From the NCBI RefSeq assembly GCF_009914755.1, contig NC_060936.1: a DNA stretch of 64,000 nucleotides. One strand, written 5' to 3'. This document shows, one piece after another, positions 1-13,080 of this stretch (its first letter is position 1; each line of letters begins with the position of its first letter). The DNA is from the human T2T-CHM13v2.0 reference genome, Homo sapiens. The notes beneath the pieces are model-generated. The model had not been told where the DNA came from, did no database searches, and worked only from the letters and a program-made list of their open reading frames with translations. The position numbers were made by a program, and so were the translations under genes.

Positions 1-146
1 AAGCGATTGAAATCTCCAACTGGAAACTGCACAAATAGGGTGTTTCAAATCTGCTCTGTCTAAAGGAAGGTTCAACTCTGTGAGTTGAATACACACACCA
101 AAAATCAGTTACTGAGAATTCTTCTGTCGAACATTACATGAAGAAA

Positions 147-163
147 TCCCGTTTCCAACGAAG
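147..163 (-). promoter_or_regulatory. CENP-B box (representative; roughly 188 box positions at ~340-bp spacing, estimated from spacing, last complete one at 63660)
   Basis: + strand tcccgtttccaacgaag equals - strand CTTCGTTGGAAACGGGA, which matches the 17-bp consensus NTTCGNNNNANNCGGGN. Confidence 0.97.
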
Positions 164-1505
164 GCCTCAAAGAAGTCCAAATATCCACTTGCAGACATTA
201 CAAACAGAGTGTTTCCAAACTGCTCCATCAAAAGAAAGGTTAAACTCTGTGAGCTGAACACACACATCAAAAAGAAGTTTCTGTGAATGATTCTGTCTAG
301 ACTTTAGAAGAAGATGTTTCCTTTTCTACCGTTGGCCTCAAAGCGCTTGAAATCTCCAGCTGCAAATTCCACAAAAAGGGTGTTTAACATCTGCTCTTCT
401 AAAGGAAAGTTCAACTCCATGAGTTGAATACACACAGCACAAAGAAGTTACAGAGACTTCTCCTATCAAACATTATATGAAGAAATCCCGTTTCCAACGA
501 AGGCCTCAAAGAGGTCCAAATATCCACTTGCAGACGTGACAAACAGAGTGTTTCCAAACTGCTCCATCAAAAGAAAGGTTAAACTCTGTGAGTTGAACAC
601 ACACATCACAAAGTAGTTTCTGTGAATGATTCTGTCTAGTTTTCATACGAAGATGTTTCCTTTTCTACGTTTGGTCTCAAAGCCATTGAAATCTCCACAT
701 GGAAACTCCACAAAAAGAGGGTTTCAAATCTGTTCTTTCTGAAGGAAGGTTCAACTCTGTGAGTTGAATACACACACCACAAATAAGTTACTGAGAATTC
801 TTCTGTGTAACATTATAGGAGGAAATCCCGTTTCCAACGAAGGCCTCAAAGAGGTCCAAATATCCACTTGCAGTCTTTACAAAGACAGTGTCTCCAAACT
901 CCTCCATCAAAAGAAAGCTTATCCTCTGTGAATTGAACGCACACATCACAAAGTAGTTTCTGAGAATGATTCTGTCTAGTTTTTATACGAAGATATTTCC
1001 TTTTCTACATTTGGCCTAAAAGCGCTTGAAATCTCCACCTGCAAATATCACAAAAACAGGATTTCACATCTGCTCTGTCTAAAGGACAGTTCACCTCTGT
1101 GAGTTGAATAGAGGCAGCACAAAGAAGTTACTGAGTATTCTTCTTTCTAGCGTTACATGAAGAAATCCCGTTTCCAACGAAGGCCTCAAAGAGGTCCAAA
1201 TATCTGCTTGCAGACTTTACAGACAGAGTGTTTCCAAACTACTCTATGAAAAGAAAGCTTAAACTCCTTGAGTTGAACGCACACATCACAAAGTAGTTTC
1301 TGAGAATGATTCTGTCTTGTTTTTATACGAAGATATTTCCGTTTCTATGATTGGCCTCCAAGCGATTGAAATCTCCAACTGGAAACTGCACAAATAGGGT
1401 GTTTCAAATCTGCTGTGTCTAAAGGAAGGTTCCACTCTGTGAGTTGAATACACACACCACAAATAAGTTACGGAGAATTCTTCTGTCGAACATTACATGA
1501 AGAAA
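147..1505 (-). repeat. Representative canonical 8-mer HOR copy (dimers 1-2-3-4)
   Basis: Box contexts: L1 tcgaacattacatg / R1 gacattac (147); L2 ctatcaaacattatatg / R2 gacgtgac (486); L3 tgtaacattatagg / R3 tttacaaagacagtgtctcc (826); L4 ctagcgttacatg / R4 atctgcttgcagactttacagac (1166). Confidence 0.93.
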
Positions 1506-2864
1506 TCCGGTTTCCAACGAAGGCCTCAAAGAGGTCCAAATATCCACTTGCAGACATTACAAACAGAGTGTTTCCAAACTGCTCCATCAATAGAAAGGTT
1601 AAACTCTGTGAGCTGAACACCCACATCAAAAAGAAGTTTCTGTGAATTATTCTGTCTAGATTTTAGAAGAAGATGTTTCCTTTTTTACTGTAGGCCTCAA
1701 AGCTCTTGAATTCTCCAGCTGCAAATTCCACAAAAAGGGTGTTTAGCATCTGCTCTTCTAAAGGAAAGTTCAACTCCATGAGTTGAATACACACAGCACA
1801 AAGAAGTTACTGAGACTTCTCCTTTCAAACATTATATGAAGAAATCCCGTTTCCAACGAAGGCCTCAAAGAGGTCCAAATATCCACTTGCAGACGTGACA
1901 AACAGAGTGTTTCCAAACTGCTCCATCCAAAGAAAGGTTAAACTCTGTGAGTTGAACACACACATCACAAAATAGTTTCTGTGAATGATTCTGTCTACTT
2001 TCTATACGAAGATGTTTCCTTTTCCACCTATGGTCTCAAAGCCATTGAAATCTCCACATGGAAACTCCACAAAAAGAGTGTTTCAAATCTGCTCTTTCTG
2101 AAGGAAGGTTCAACTCTGTGAGTTGAATACACACACCACAAATAAGTTACTGAGAATTCTTCTGTGTAACATTATAGGAGGAAATCCCGTTTCCAACGAA
2201 GGCCTCAAAGAGGTCCAAATATCCACTTGCAGACTTTACAAAGACAGTGTCTCCAAACTCCTCCATCAAAAGAAAGGTTATCCTCTGTGAATTGAACGCA
2301 CACATCACAAAGTAGTTTCTGAGAATGATTCTGTGTAGTTTTTATACGAAGATATTTCCTTTTCTACATTTGGCCTAAAAGCGCTTGAAATCTCCACCTG
2401 CAAATATCACAAAAAGAGGGTTTCACATCTGCTCTGTCTAAAGGGCAGTTCACCTCTGTGAGTTGAATAGAGGCAGCACAAAGAAGTTACTGAGTATTTT
2501 TTTTTCTAGCGTTACATGAAGAAATCCCGTTTCCAACGAAGGCCTCAAAGAGGTCCAAATATCTGCTTGCAGACTTTACAGACAGAGTGTTTCCAAACTA
2601 CTCTATGAAAAGAAAGCTTAAACTCCTTGAGTTGAACGCACACATCACAAAGTAGTTTCTGAGAATGATTCTGTCTTGTTTTTATACGAAGATATTTCCG
2701 TTTCTATGATTGGCCTCCAAGCGATTGAAATCTCCAACTGGAAACTGCACAAATAGGGTGTTTCAAATCTGCTCTGTCTAAAGGAAGGTTCAACTCTGTG
2801 AGTTGAATACACACACCACAAATAAGTTACTGAGAATTCTTCTGTCGAACATTACATGAAGAAA

Positions 2865-3883
2865 TCCCGTTTCCAACGAAGGCCTCAAAGAGGTCCAAAT
2901 ATCCACTTGCAGACATTACAAACAGAGTGTTTCCAAACTGCTCCATCAAAAGAAAGTTTAAACCCTGTGAGCTGAACAAACACATCAAAAAGAAGTTTCT
3001 GTGAATGATTCTGTCTAGACTTTAGAAGAAGATGTTTCCTTTTCTACTGTAGGCCTCAAAGCGCTTGAAATCTCCAGCTGCAAATTCCACAAAAAGGGAG
3101 TTTAACATCTGCTCTTCTAAAGGAAAGTTCAACTCCATGAGTTGAATACACACAGCACAAAGAAGTTACTGAGACTTCTCCTATCATACATTATATGAAG
3201 AAATCCCGTTTCCAACGAAGGCCTCAAAGAGGTCCAAATATCCACTTGCAGACGTGACAAACAGAGTGTTTCCAAACTGCTCCATCCAAAGAAAGGTTAA
3301 AGTCTGTGACTTGAACACACACATCACAAAGTAGTTTCAGTGAATGATTCTGTCTAGTTTTTATACGAAGATGTTTCCTTTTCTACATTTGGTCTCAAAG
3401 CCATTGAAATCTCCACATGGAAACTCCACAAAAAGAGTGTTACAAATCTGCTCTTTCTGAAGGAAGGTTCAACCCTGTGAGTTGAATACACACACCACAA
3501 ATAAGTTACTGAGAATTCTTCTGTGTAACATTATAGGAGGAAATCCCGTTTCCAACGAAGGCCTCAAAGAGGTCCAAATATCTGCTTGCAGACTTTACAG
3601 ACAGAGTGTTTCCAAACTACTCTATGAAAAGAAAGCTTAAACTCCTTGAGTTGAACGCACACATCACAAAGTAGTTTCTGAGAATGATTCTGTCTTGTTT
3701 TTATAAGAAGATATTTCCGTTTCTATGATTGGCCTCCAAGCGATTGAAATCTCCAACTGGAAACTGCACAAATAGGGTGTTTCAAATCTGCTCTGTCTAA
3801 AGGAAGGTTGAACTCTGTGAGTTGAATACACACACCACAAATAACTTACTGAGAATTCTTCTGTCGAACATTACATGAAGAGA
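2865..3883 (-). repeat. 6-mer HOR variant (L3/R4 junction), 1019 bp; second copy at 12708-13726
   Basis: The box at 3544 has the L3 left context (tgtaacattatagg) but the R4 right context (tctgcttgcagactttacag). The same junction occurs at 13387. Confidence 0.9.
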
Positions 3884-6839
3884 TCCCGTTTCCAACGACG
3901 GCCTCAAAGAGGTCCAAATATCCACTTGCAGACATTACAAACAGAGTGTTTCCAAACTGCTCCATCAAAAGAAAGGTTAAACTCTGTGAGCTGAACACAC
4001 ACATCAAAAAGAAGTTTCTGTGAATGATTCTGTCTAGACTTTAGAAGAAGATGTTTCCTTTTCTACCGTAGGCCTCAAAGCGCTTGAAATCTCCAGCTGC
4101 AAATTCCACAAAAAGGGTGTTTAACATCTGCTCTTCTAAAGGAAAGTTCAACTCCATGAGTTGAATACACACAGCACAAAGAAGTTACAGAGACTTCTCC
4201 TATCAAACATTATATGAAGAAATCCCGTTTCCAACGAAGGCCTCAAAGAGGTCCAAATATCCACTTGCAGACGTGACAAACAGAGTGTTTCCAAACTGCT
4301 CCATCAAAAGAAAGGTTAAACTCTGTGAGTTGAACACACACATCACAAAGTAGTTTCTGTGAATGATTCTGTCTAGTTTTCATACGAAGATGTTTCCTTT
4401 TCTACGTCTTGTCTCAAAGCCATTGAAATCTCCACATGGAAACTCCACAAAAAGAGGGTTTCAAATCTGTTCTTTCTGAAGGAAGGTTCAACTCTGTGAG
4501 TTGAATACACACACCACAAATAAGTTACTGAGAATTCTTCTGTGTAACATTATAGGAGGAAATCCCGTTTCCAACGAAGGCCTCAAAGAGGTCCAAATAT
4601 CCACTTGCAGTCTTTACAAAGACAGTGTCTCCAAACTCCTCCATCAAAAGAAAGCTTATCCTCTGTGAATTGAACGCACACATCACAAAGTAGTTTCTGA
4701 GAATGATTCTGTCTAGTTTTTATACGAAGATATTTCCTTTTCTACATTTGGCCTAAAAGCGCTTGAAATCTCCACCTGCAAATATCACAAAAACAGGATT
4801 TCACATCTGCTCTGTCTAAAGGACAGTTCACCTCTGTGAGTTGAATAGAGGCAGCACAAAGAAGTTACTGAGTATTCTTCTTTCTAGCGTTACATGAAGA
4901 AATCCCGTTTCCAACGAAGGCCTCAAAGAGGTCCAAATATCTGCTTGCAGACTTTACAGACAGAGTGTTTCCAAACTACTCTATGAAAAGAAAGCTTAAA
5001 CTCTTTGAGTTGAACGCACACATCACAAAGTAGTTTCTGAGAATGATTCTGTCTTGTTTTTATACGAAGATATTTCCGTTTCTATGATTGGCCTCCAAGC
5101 GATTGAAATCTCCAACTGGAAACTGCACAAATAGGGTGTTTCAAATCTGCTCTGTCTAAAGGAAGGTTCAACTCTGTGAGTTGAATACACACACCAAAAA
5201 TAAGTTACTGAGAATTCTTCTGTCGAACATTACATGAAGAAATCCCGTTTCCAACGAAGGCCTCAAAGAAGTCCAAATATCCACTTGCAGACATTACAAA
5301 CAGAGTGTTTCCAAACTGCTCCATCAAAAGAAAGGTTAAACTCTGTGAGCTGAACACACACATCAAAAAGAAGTTTCTGTGAATGATTCTGTCTAGACTT
5401 TAGAAGAAGATGTTTCCTTTTCTACCGTTGGCCTCAAAGCACTTGAAATCTCCAGCTGCAAATTCCACAAAAAGGGTGTTTAACATCTGCTCTTCTAAAG
5501 GAAAGTTCAACTCCATGAGTTGAATACACACAGCACAAAGAAGTTACAGAGACTTCTCCTATCAACCATTATATGAAGAAATCCCGTTTCCAACGAAGGC
5601 CTCAAAGAGGTCCAAATATCCACTTGCAGACGTGACAAACAGAGTGTTTCCAAACTGCTCCATCAAAAGAAAGGTTAAACTCTGTGAGTTGAACACACAC
5701 ATCACAAAGTAGTTTCTGTGAATGATTCTGTCTAGTTTTCATACGAAGATGTTTCCTTTTCTACGTTTGGTCTCAAAGCCATTGAAATCTCCACATGGAA
5801 ACTCCACAAAAAGAGGGTTTCAAATCTGTTCTTTCTGAAGGAAGGTTCAACTCTGTGAGTTGAATACACACACCACAAATAAGTTACTGAGAATTCTTCT
5901 GTGTAACATTATAGGAGGAAATCCCGTTTCCAACGAAGGCCTCAAAGAGGTCCAAATATCCACTTGCAGTCTTTACAAAGACAGTGTCTCCAAACTCCTC
6001 CATCAAAAGAAAGCTTATCCTCTGTGAATTGAACGCACACATCACAAAGTAGTTTCTGAGAATGATTCTGTCTAGTTTTTATACGAAGATATTTCCTTTT
6101 CTACATTTGGCCTAAAAGCGCTTGAAATCTCCACCTGCAAATATCACAAAAACAGGATTTCACATCTGCTCTGTCTAAAGGACAGTTCACCTCTGTGAGT
6201 TGAATAGAGGCAGCACAAAGAAGTTACTGAGTATTCTTCTTTCTAGCGTTACATGAAGAAATCCCGTTTCCAACGAAGGCCTCAAAGAGGTCCAAATATC
6301 TGCTTGCAGACTTTACAGACAGAGTGTTTCCAAACTACTCTATGAAAAGAAAGCTTAAACTCCTTGAGTTGAACGCACACATCACAAAGTAGTTTCTGAG
6401 AATGATTCTGTCTTGTTTTTATACGAAGATATTTCCGTTTCTATGATTGGCCTCCAAGCGATTGAAATCTCCAACTGGAAACTGCACAAATAGGGTGTTT
6501 CAAATCTGCTCTGTCTAAAGGAAGGTTCAACTCTGTGAGTTGAATACACACACCAAAAATAAGTTACTGAGAATTCTTCTGTCGAACATTACATGAAGAA
6601 ATCCCGTTTCCAACGAAGGCCTCAAAGAAGTCCAAATATCCACTTGCAGACATTACAAACAGAGTGTTTCCAAACTGCTCCATCAAAAGAAAGGTTAAAC
6701 TCTGTGAGCTGAACACACACATCAAAAAGAAGTTTCTGTGAATGATTCTGTCTAGACTTTAGAAGAAGATGTTTCCTTTTCTACCGTAGGCCTCAAAGCG
6801 CTTGAAATCTCCAGCTGCAAATTCCACAAAAAGGGTGTT

Positions 6840-9800
6840 TAACATCTGCTCTTCTAAAGGAAAGTTCAACTCCATGAGTTGAATACACACAGCACAAAGA
6901 AGTTACTGAGACTTCTCCTATCAAACATTATATGAAGAAATCCCGTTTCCAACGAAGGCCTCAAAGAGGTCCAAATATCCACTTGCAGACGTGACAAACA
7001 GAGTGTTTCCAAACTGCTCCATCAAAAGAAAGGTTAAACTCTGTGAGTTGAACACACACATCACAAAGTAGTTTCTGTGAATGATTCTGTCTAGTTTTCA
7101 TACGAAGATGTTTCGTTTTCTACCTTTGGTCTCAAAGCCATTGAAATCTCCACATGGAAACTCCACAAAAAGAGGGTTTCAAATCTGCTCTTTCTGAAGG
7201 AAGGTTCAACTCTGTGAGTTGAATACACACACCACAAATAAGTTACTGAGAATTCTTCTGTGTAACATTATAGGAGGAAATCCCGTTTCCAACGAAGGCC
7301 TCAAAGAGGTCCAAATATCCACTTGCAGACTTTACAAAGACAGTGTCTCCAAACTCCTCCATCAAAAGAAAGGTTATCCTCTGTGAATTGAACGCACACA
7401 TCACAAAGTAGTTTCTGAGAATGATTCTGTCTAGTTTTTATACGAAGATATTTCCTTTTCTACATTTGGCCTAAAAGCGCTTGAAATCTCCACCTGCAAA
7501 TATCACAAAAAGAGGGTTTCACATCTGCTCTGTCTAAAAGACAGTTCACCTCTGTGAGTTGAATAGAGGCAGCACAAAGAAGTTACTGAGTATTCTTCTT
7601 TCTAGCGTTACATGAAGAAATCCCGTTTCCAATGAAGGCCTCAAAGAGGTCCAAATATCTGCTTGCAGACTTTACAGACAGAGTGTTTCCAAACTACTCT
7701 ATGAAAAGAAAGCTTAAACTCCTTGAGTTGAACGCACACATCACAAAGTAGTTTCTGAGAATGATTCTGTCTAGTTTTTATACGAAGATATTTCCGTTTC
7801 TATGATTGGCCTCCAAGCGATTGAAATCTCCAACTGGAAACTGCACAAATAGGGTGTTTCAAATCTGCTCTGTCTAAAGGAAGGTTCAACTCTGTGAGTT
7901 GAATACACACACCACAAATAACTTACTGAGAATTCTTCTGTCGTACATTACATGAAGAAATCCCGTTTCCAAAGAAGGCCTCAAAGAGGTCCAAATATCC
8001 ACTTGCAGACATTACAAACAGAGTGTTTCCAAACTCCTCCATCAAAAGAAAGGTTAAACTCTGTGAGTTGAACACACACATCACAAAGTAGTTTCTGTGA
8101 ATGATTCTGTCTAGTTTTTATACGAAGATGTTTCCTTTTCTACCTTTGGTCTCAAAGCCATTGAAATCTCCACATGGAAACTCCACAAAAAGAGTGTTTC
8201 AAATCTGCTCTTTCTGAAGGAAGGTTCAACTCTGTGAGTTGAATACACACACCACAAATAAGTTACTGAGAATTCTTCTGTCGAACATTACATGAAGAAA
8301 TCCCGTTTCCAACGAAGGCCTCAAAGAGGTCCAAATATCCACTTGCAGACATTACAAACAGAGTGTTTCCAAACTGCTCCATCAAAAGAAAGGTTAAACT
8401 CTGTGAGCTGAACACACACATCAAAAAAGATTCTGTGAATGATTCTGTCTAGACTTTAGAAGATGTTTCCTTTTCTACCGTAGGCCTCAAAGCGCTTGAA
8501 ATCTCCAGCTGCAAATTCCACAAAAAGGGTGTTTAACATCTGCTCTTCTAAAGGAAAGTTCAACTCCATGAGTTGAATACACACAGCACAAAGAAGTTAC
8601 TGAGACTTCTCCTATCAAACATTATATGAAGAAATCCCGTTTCCAACGAAGGCCTCAAAGAGGTCCAAATATCCACTTGCAGACGTGACAAACAGAGTGT
8701 TTCCAAACTGCTCCATCAAAAGAAAGGTTAAACTCTGTGAGTTGAACACACACATCACAAAGTAGTTTCTGTGAATGATTCTGTCTAGTTTTCATACGAA
8801 GATGTTTCCTTTTCTACGTTTGGTCTCAAAGCCATTGAAATCTCCACATGGAAACTCCACAAAAAGAGGGTTTCAAATCTGTTCTTTCTGAAGGAAGGTT
8901 CAACTCTGTGAGTTGAATACACACACCACAAATAAGTTACTGAGAATTCTTCTGTGTAACATTATAGGAGGAAATCCCGTTTCCAACGAAGGCCTCAAAG
9001 AGGTCCAAATATCCACTTGCAGTCTTTACAAAGACAGTGTCTCCAAACTCCTCCATCAAAAGAAAGCTTATCCTCTGTGAATTGAACGCACACATCACAA
9101 AGTAGTTTCTGAGAATGATTCTGTCTAGTTTTTATACGAAGATATTTCCTTTTCTACATTTGGCCTAAAAGCGCTTGAAATCTCCACCTGCAAATATCAC
9201 AAAAACAGGATTTCACATCTGCTCTGTCTAAAGGACAGTTCACCTCTGTGAGTTGAATAGAGGCAGCACAAAGAAGTTACTGAGTATTCTTCTTTCTAGC
9301 GTTACATGAAGAAATCCCGTTTCCAACGAAGGCCTCAAAGAGGTCTAAATATCTGCTTGCAGACTTTACAGACAGAGTGTTTCCAAACTACTCTATGAAA
9401 AGAAAGCTTAAACTCCTTGAGTTGAACGCACACATCACAAAGTAGTTTCTGAGAATGATTCTGTCTTGTTTTTATACGAAGATATTTCCGTTTCTATGAT
9501 TGGCCTCCAAGCGATTGAAATCTCCAACTGGAAACTGCACAAATAGGGTGTTTCAAATCTGCTCTGTCTAAAGGAAGGTTCAACTCTGTGAGTTGAATAC
9601 ACACACCACAAATAAGTTACTGAGAATTCTTCTGTCGAACATTACATGAAGAAATCCCGTTTCCAACGAAGGCCTCAAAGAGGTCCAAATATCCACTTGC
9701 AGACATTACAAACAGAGTGTTTCCAAACTGCTCCATCAAAAGAAAGTTTAAACCCTGTGAGCTGAACAAACACATCAAAAAGAAGTTTCTGTGAATGATT

Positions 9801-12800
9801 CTGTCTAGACTTTAGAAGAAGATGTTTCCTTTTCTACTGTAGGCCTCAAAGCGCTTGAAATCTCCAGCTGCAAATTCCACAAAAAGGGAGTTTAACATCT
9901 GCTCTTCTAAAGGAAAGTTCAACTCCATGAGTTGAATACACACAGCACAAAGAAGTTACTGAGACTTCTCCTATCAAACATTATATGAAGAAATCCCGTT
10001 TCCAACGAAGGCCTCAAAGAGGTCCAAATATCCACTTGCAGACGTGACAAACAGAGTGTTTCCAAACTGCTCCATCAAAAGAAAGGTTAAACTCTGTGAG
10101 TTGAACACACACATCACAAAGTAGTTTCTGTGAATGATTCTGTCTAGTTTTCATACGAAGATGTTTCGTTTTCTACCTTTGGTCTCAAAGCCATTGAAAT
10201 CTCCACATGGAAACTCCACAAAAAGAGGGTTTCAAATCTGCTCTTTCTGAAGGAAGGTTCAACTCTGTGAGTTGAATACACACACCACAAATAAGTTACT
10301 GAGAATTCTTCTGTGTAACATTATAGGAGGAAATCCCGTTTCCAACGAAGGCCTCAAAGAGGTCCAAATATCCACTTGCAGACTTTACAAAGACAGTGTC
10401 TCCAAACTCCTCCATCAAAAGAAAGGTTATCCTCTGTGAATTGAACGCACACATCACAAAGTAGTTTCTGAGAATGATTCTGTCTAGTTTTTATACGAAG
10501 ATATTTCCTTTTCTACATTTGGCCTAAAAGCGCTTGAAATCTCCACCTGCAAATATCACAAAAAGAGGGTTTCACATCTGCTCTGTCTAAAAGACAGTTC
10601 ACCTCTGTGAGTTGAATAGAGGCAGCACAAAGAAGTTACTGAGTATTCTTCTTTCTAGCGTTACATGAAGAAATCCCGTTTCCAATGAAGGCCTCAAAGA
10701 GGTCCAAATATCTGCTTGCAGACTTTACAGACAGAGTGTTTCCAAACTACTCTATGAAAAGAAAGCTTAAACTCCTTGAGTTGAACGCACACATCACAAA
10801 GTAGTTTCTGAGAATGATTCTGTCTAGTTTTTATACGAAGATATTTCCGTTTCTATGATTGGCCTCCAAGCGATTGAAATCTCCAACTGGAAACTGCACA
10901 AATAGGGTGTTTCAAATCTGCTCTGTCTAAAGGAAGGTTCAACTCTGTGAGTTGAATACACACACCACAAATAACTTACTGAGAATTCTTCTGTCGTACA
11001 TTACATGAAGAAATCCCGTTTCCAAAGAAGGCCTCAAAGAGGTCCAAATATCCACTTGCAGACATTACAAACAGAGTGTTTCCAAACTCCTCCATCAAAA
11101 GAAAGGTTAAACTCTGTGAGTTGAACACACACATCACAAAGTAGTTTCTGTGAATGATTCTGTCTAGTTTTTATACGAAGATGTTTCCTTTTCTACCTTT
11201 GGTCTCAAAGCCATTGAAATCTCCACATGGAAACTCCACAAAAAGAGTGTTTCAAATCTGCTCTTTCTGAAGGAAGGTTCAACTCTGTGAGTTGAATACA
11301 CACACCACAAATAAGTTACTGAGAATTCTTCTGTCGAACATTACATGAAGAAATCCCGTTTCCAACGAAGGCCTCAAAGAGGTCCAAATATCCACTTGCA
11401 GACATTACAAACAGAGTGTTTCCAAACTGCTCCATCAAAAGAAAGGTTAAACTCTGTGAGCTGAACACACACATCAAAAAAGATTCTGTGAATGATTCTG
11501 TCTAGACTTTAGAAGATGTTTCCTTTTCTACCGTAGGCCTCAAAGCGCTTGAAATCTCCAGCTGCAAATTCCACAAAAAGGGTGTTTAACATCTGCTCTT
11601 CTAAAGGAAAGTTCAACTCCATGAGTTGAATACACACAGCACAAAGAAGTTACTGAGACTTCTCCTATCAAACATTATATGAAGAAATCCCGTTTCCAAC
11701 GAAGGCCTCAAAGAGGTCCAAATATCCACTTGCAGACGTGACAAACAGAGTGTTTCCAAACTGCTCCATCAAAAGAAAGGTTAAACTCTGTGAGTTGAAC
11801 ACACACATCACAAAGTAGTTTCTGTGAATGATTCTGTCTAGTTTTCATACGAAGATGTTTCCTTTTCTACGTTTGGTCTCAAAGCCATTGAAATCTCCAC
11901 ATGGAAACTCCACAAAAAGAGGGTTTCAAATCTGTTCTTTCTGAAGGAAGGTTCAACTCTGTGAGTTGAATACACACACCACAAATAAGTTACTGAGAAT
12001 TCTTCTGTGTAACATTATAGGAGGAAATCCCGTTTCCAACGAAGGCCTCAAAGAGGTCCAAATATCCACTTGCAGTCTTTACAAAGACAGTGTCTCCAAA
12101 CTCCTCCATCAAAAGAAAGCTTATCCTCTGTGAATTGAACGCACACATCACAAAGTAGTTTCTGAGAATGATTCTGTCTAGTTTTTATACGAAGATATTT
12201 CCTTTTCTACATTTGGCCTAAAAGCGCTTGAAATCTCCACCTGCAAATATCACAAAAACAGGATTTCACATCTGCTCTGTCTAAAGGACAGTTCACCTCT
12301 GTGAGTTGAATAGAGGCAGCACAAAGAAGTTACTGAGTATTCTTCTTTCTAGCGTTACATGAAGAAATCCCGTTTCCAACGAAGGCCTCAAAGAGGTCTA
12401 AATATCTGCTTGCAGACTTTACAGACAGAGTGTTTCCAAACTACTCTATGAAAAGAAAGCTTAAACTCCTTGAGTTGAACGCACACATCACAAAGTAGTT
12501 TCTGAGAATGATTCTGTCTTGTTTTTATACGAAGATATTTCCGTTTCTATGATTGGCCTCCAAGCGATTGAAATCTCCAACTGGAAACTGCACAAATAGG
12601 GTGTTTCAAATCTGCTCTGTCTAAAGGAAGGTTCAACTCTGTGAGTTGAATACACACACCACAAATAAGTTACTGAGAATTCTTCTGTCGAACATTACAT
12701 GAAGAAATCCCGTTTCCAACGAAGGCCTCAAAGAGGTCCAAATATCCACTTGCAGACATTACAAACAGAGTGTTTCCAAACTGCTCCATCAAAAGAAAGT

Positions 12801-13080
12801 TTAAACCCTGTGAGCTGAACAAACACATCAAAAAGAAGTTTCTGTGAATGATTCTGTCTAGACTTTAGAAGAAGATGTTTCCTTTTCTACTGTAGGCCTC
12901 AAAGCGCTTGAAATCTCCAGCTGCAAATTCCACAAAAAGGGAGTTTAACATCTGCTCTTCTAAAGGAAAGTTCAACTCCATGAGTTGAATACACACAGCA
13001 CAAAGAAGTTACTGAGACTTCTCCTATCAAACATTATATGAAGAAATCCCGTTTCCAACGAAGGCCTCAAAGAGGTCCAA
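6840..13080 (-). repeat. Tandem duplication with a 3053-bp (18-monomer) period
   Basis: Rare markers recur at +3053: aatgaag box 7621/10674, tcgtac 7961/11014, small deletions ~8425/~11478, ggtctaaat ~9345/~12398 and aaagtttaaaccctg units 9655/12708. Confidence 0.92.
7961..8300 (-). repeat. Extra chimeric dimer giving a 10-mer variant; second copy at 11014-11353
   Basis: Starts as R1 (gacattac), continues as dimer-2 sequence (gagttgaac, ccacatggaaactcc) and ends in L1 (tcgaacattacatg). Confidence 0.85.
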
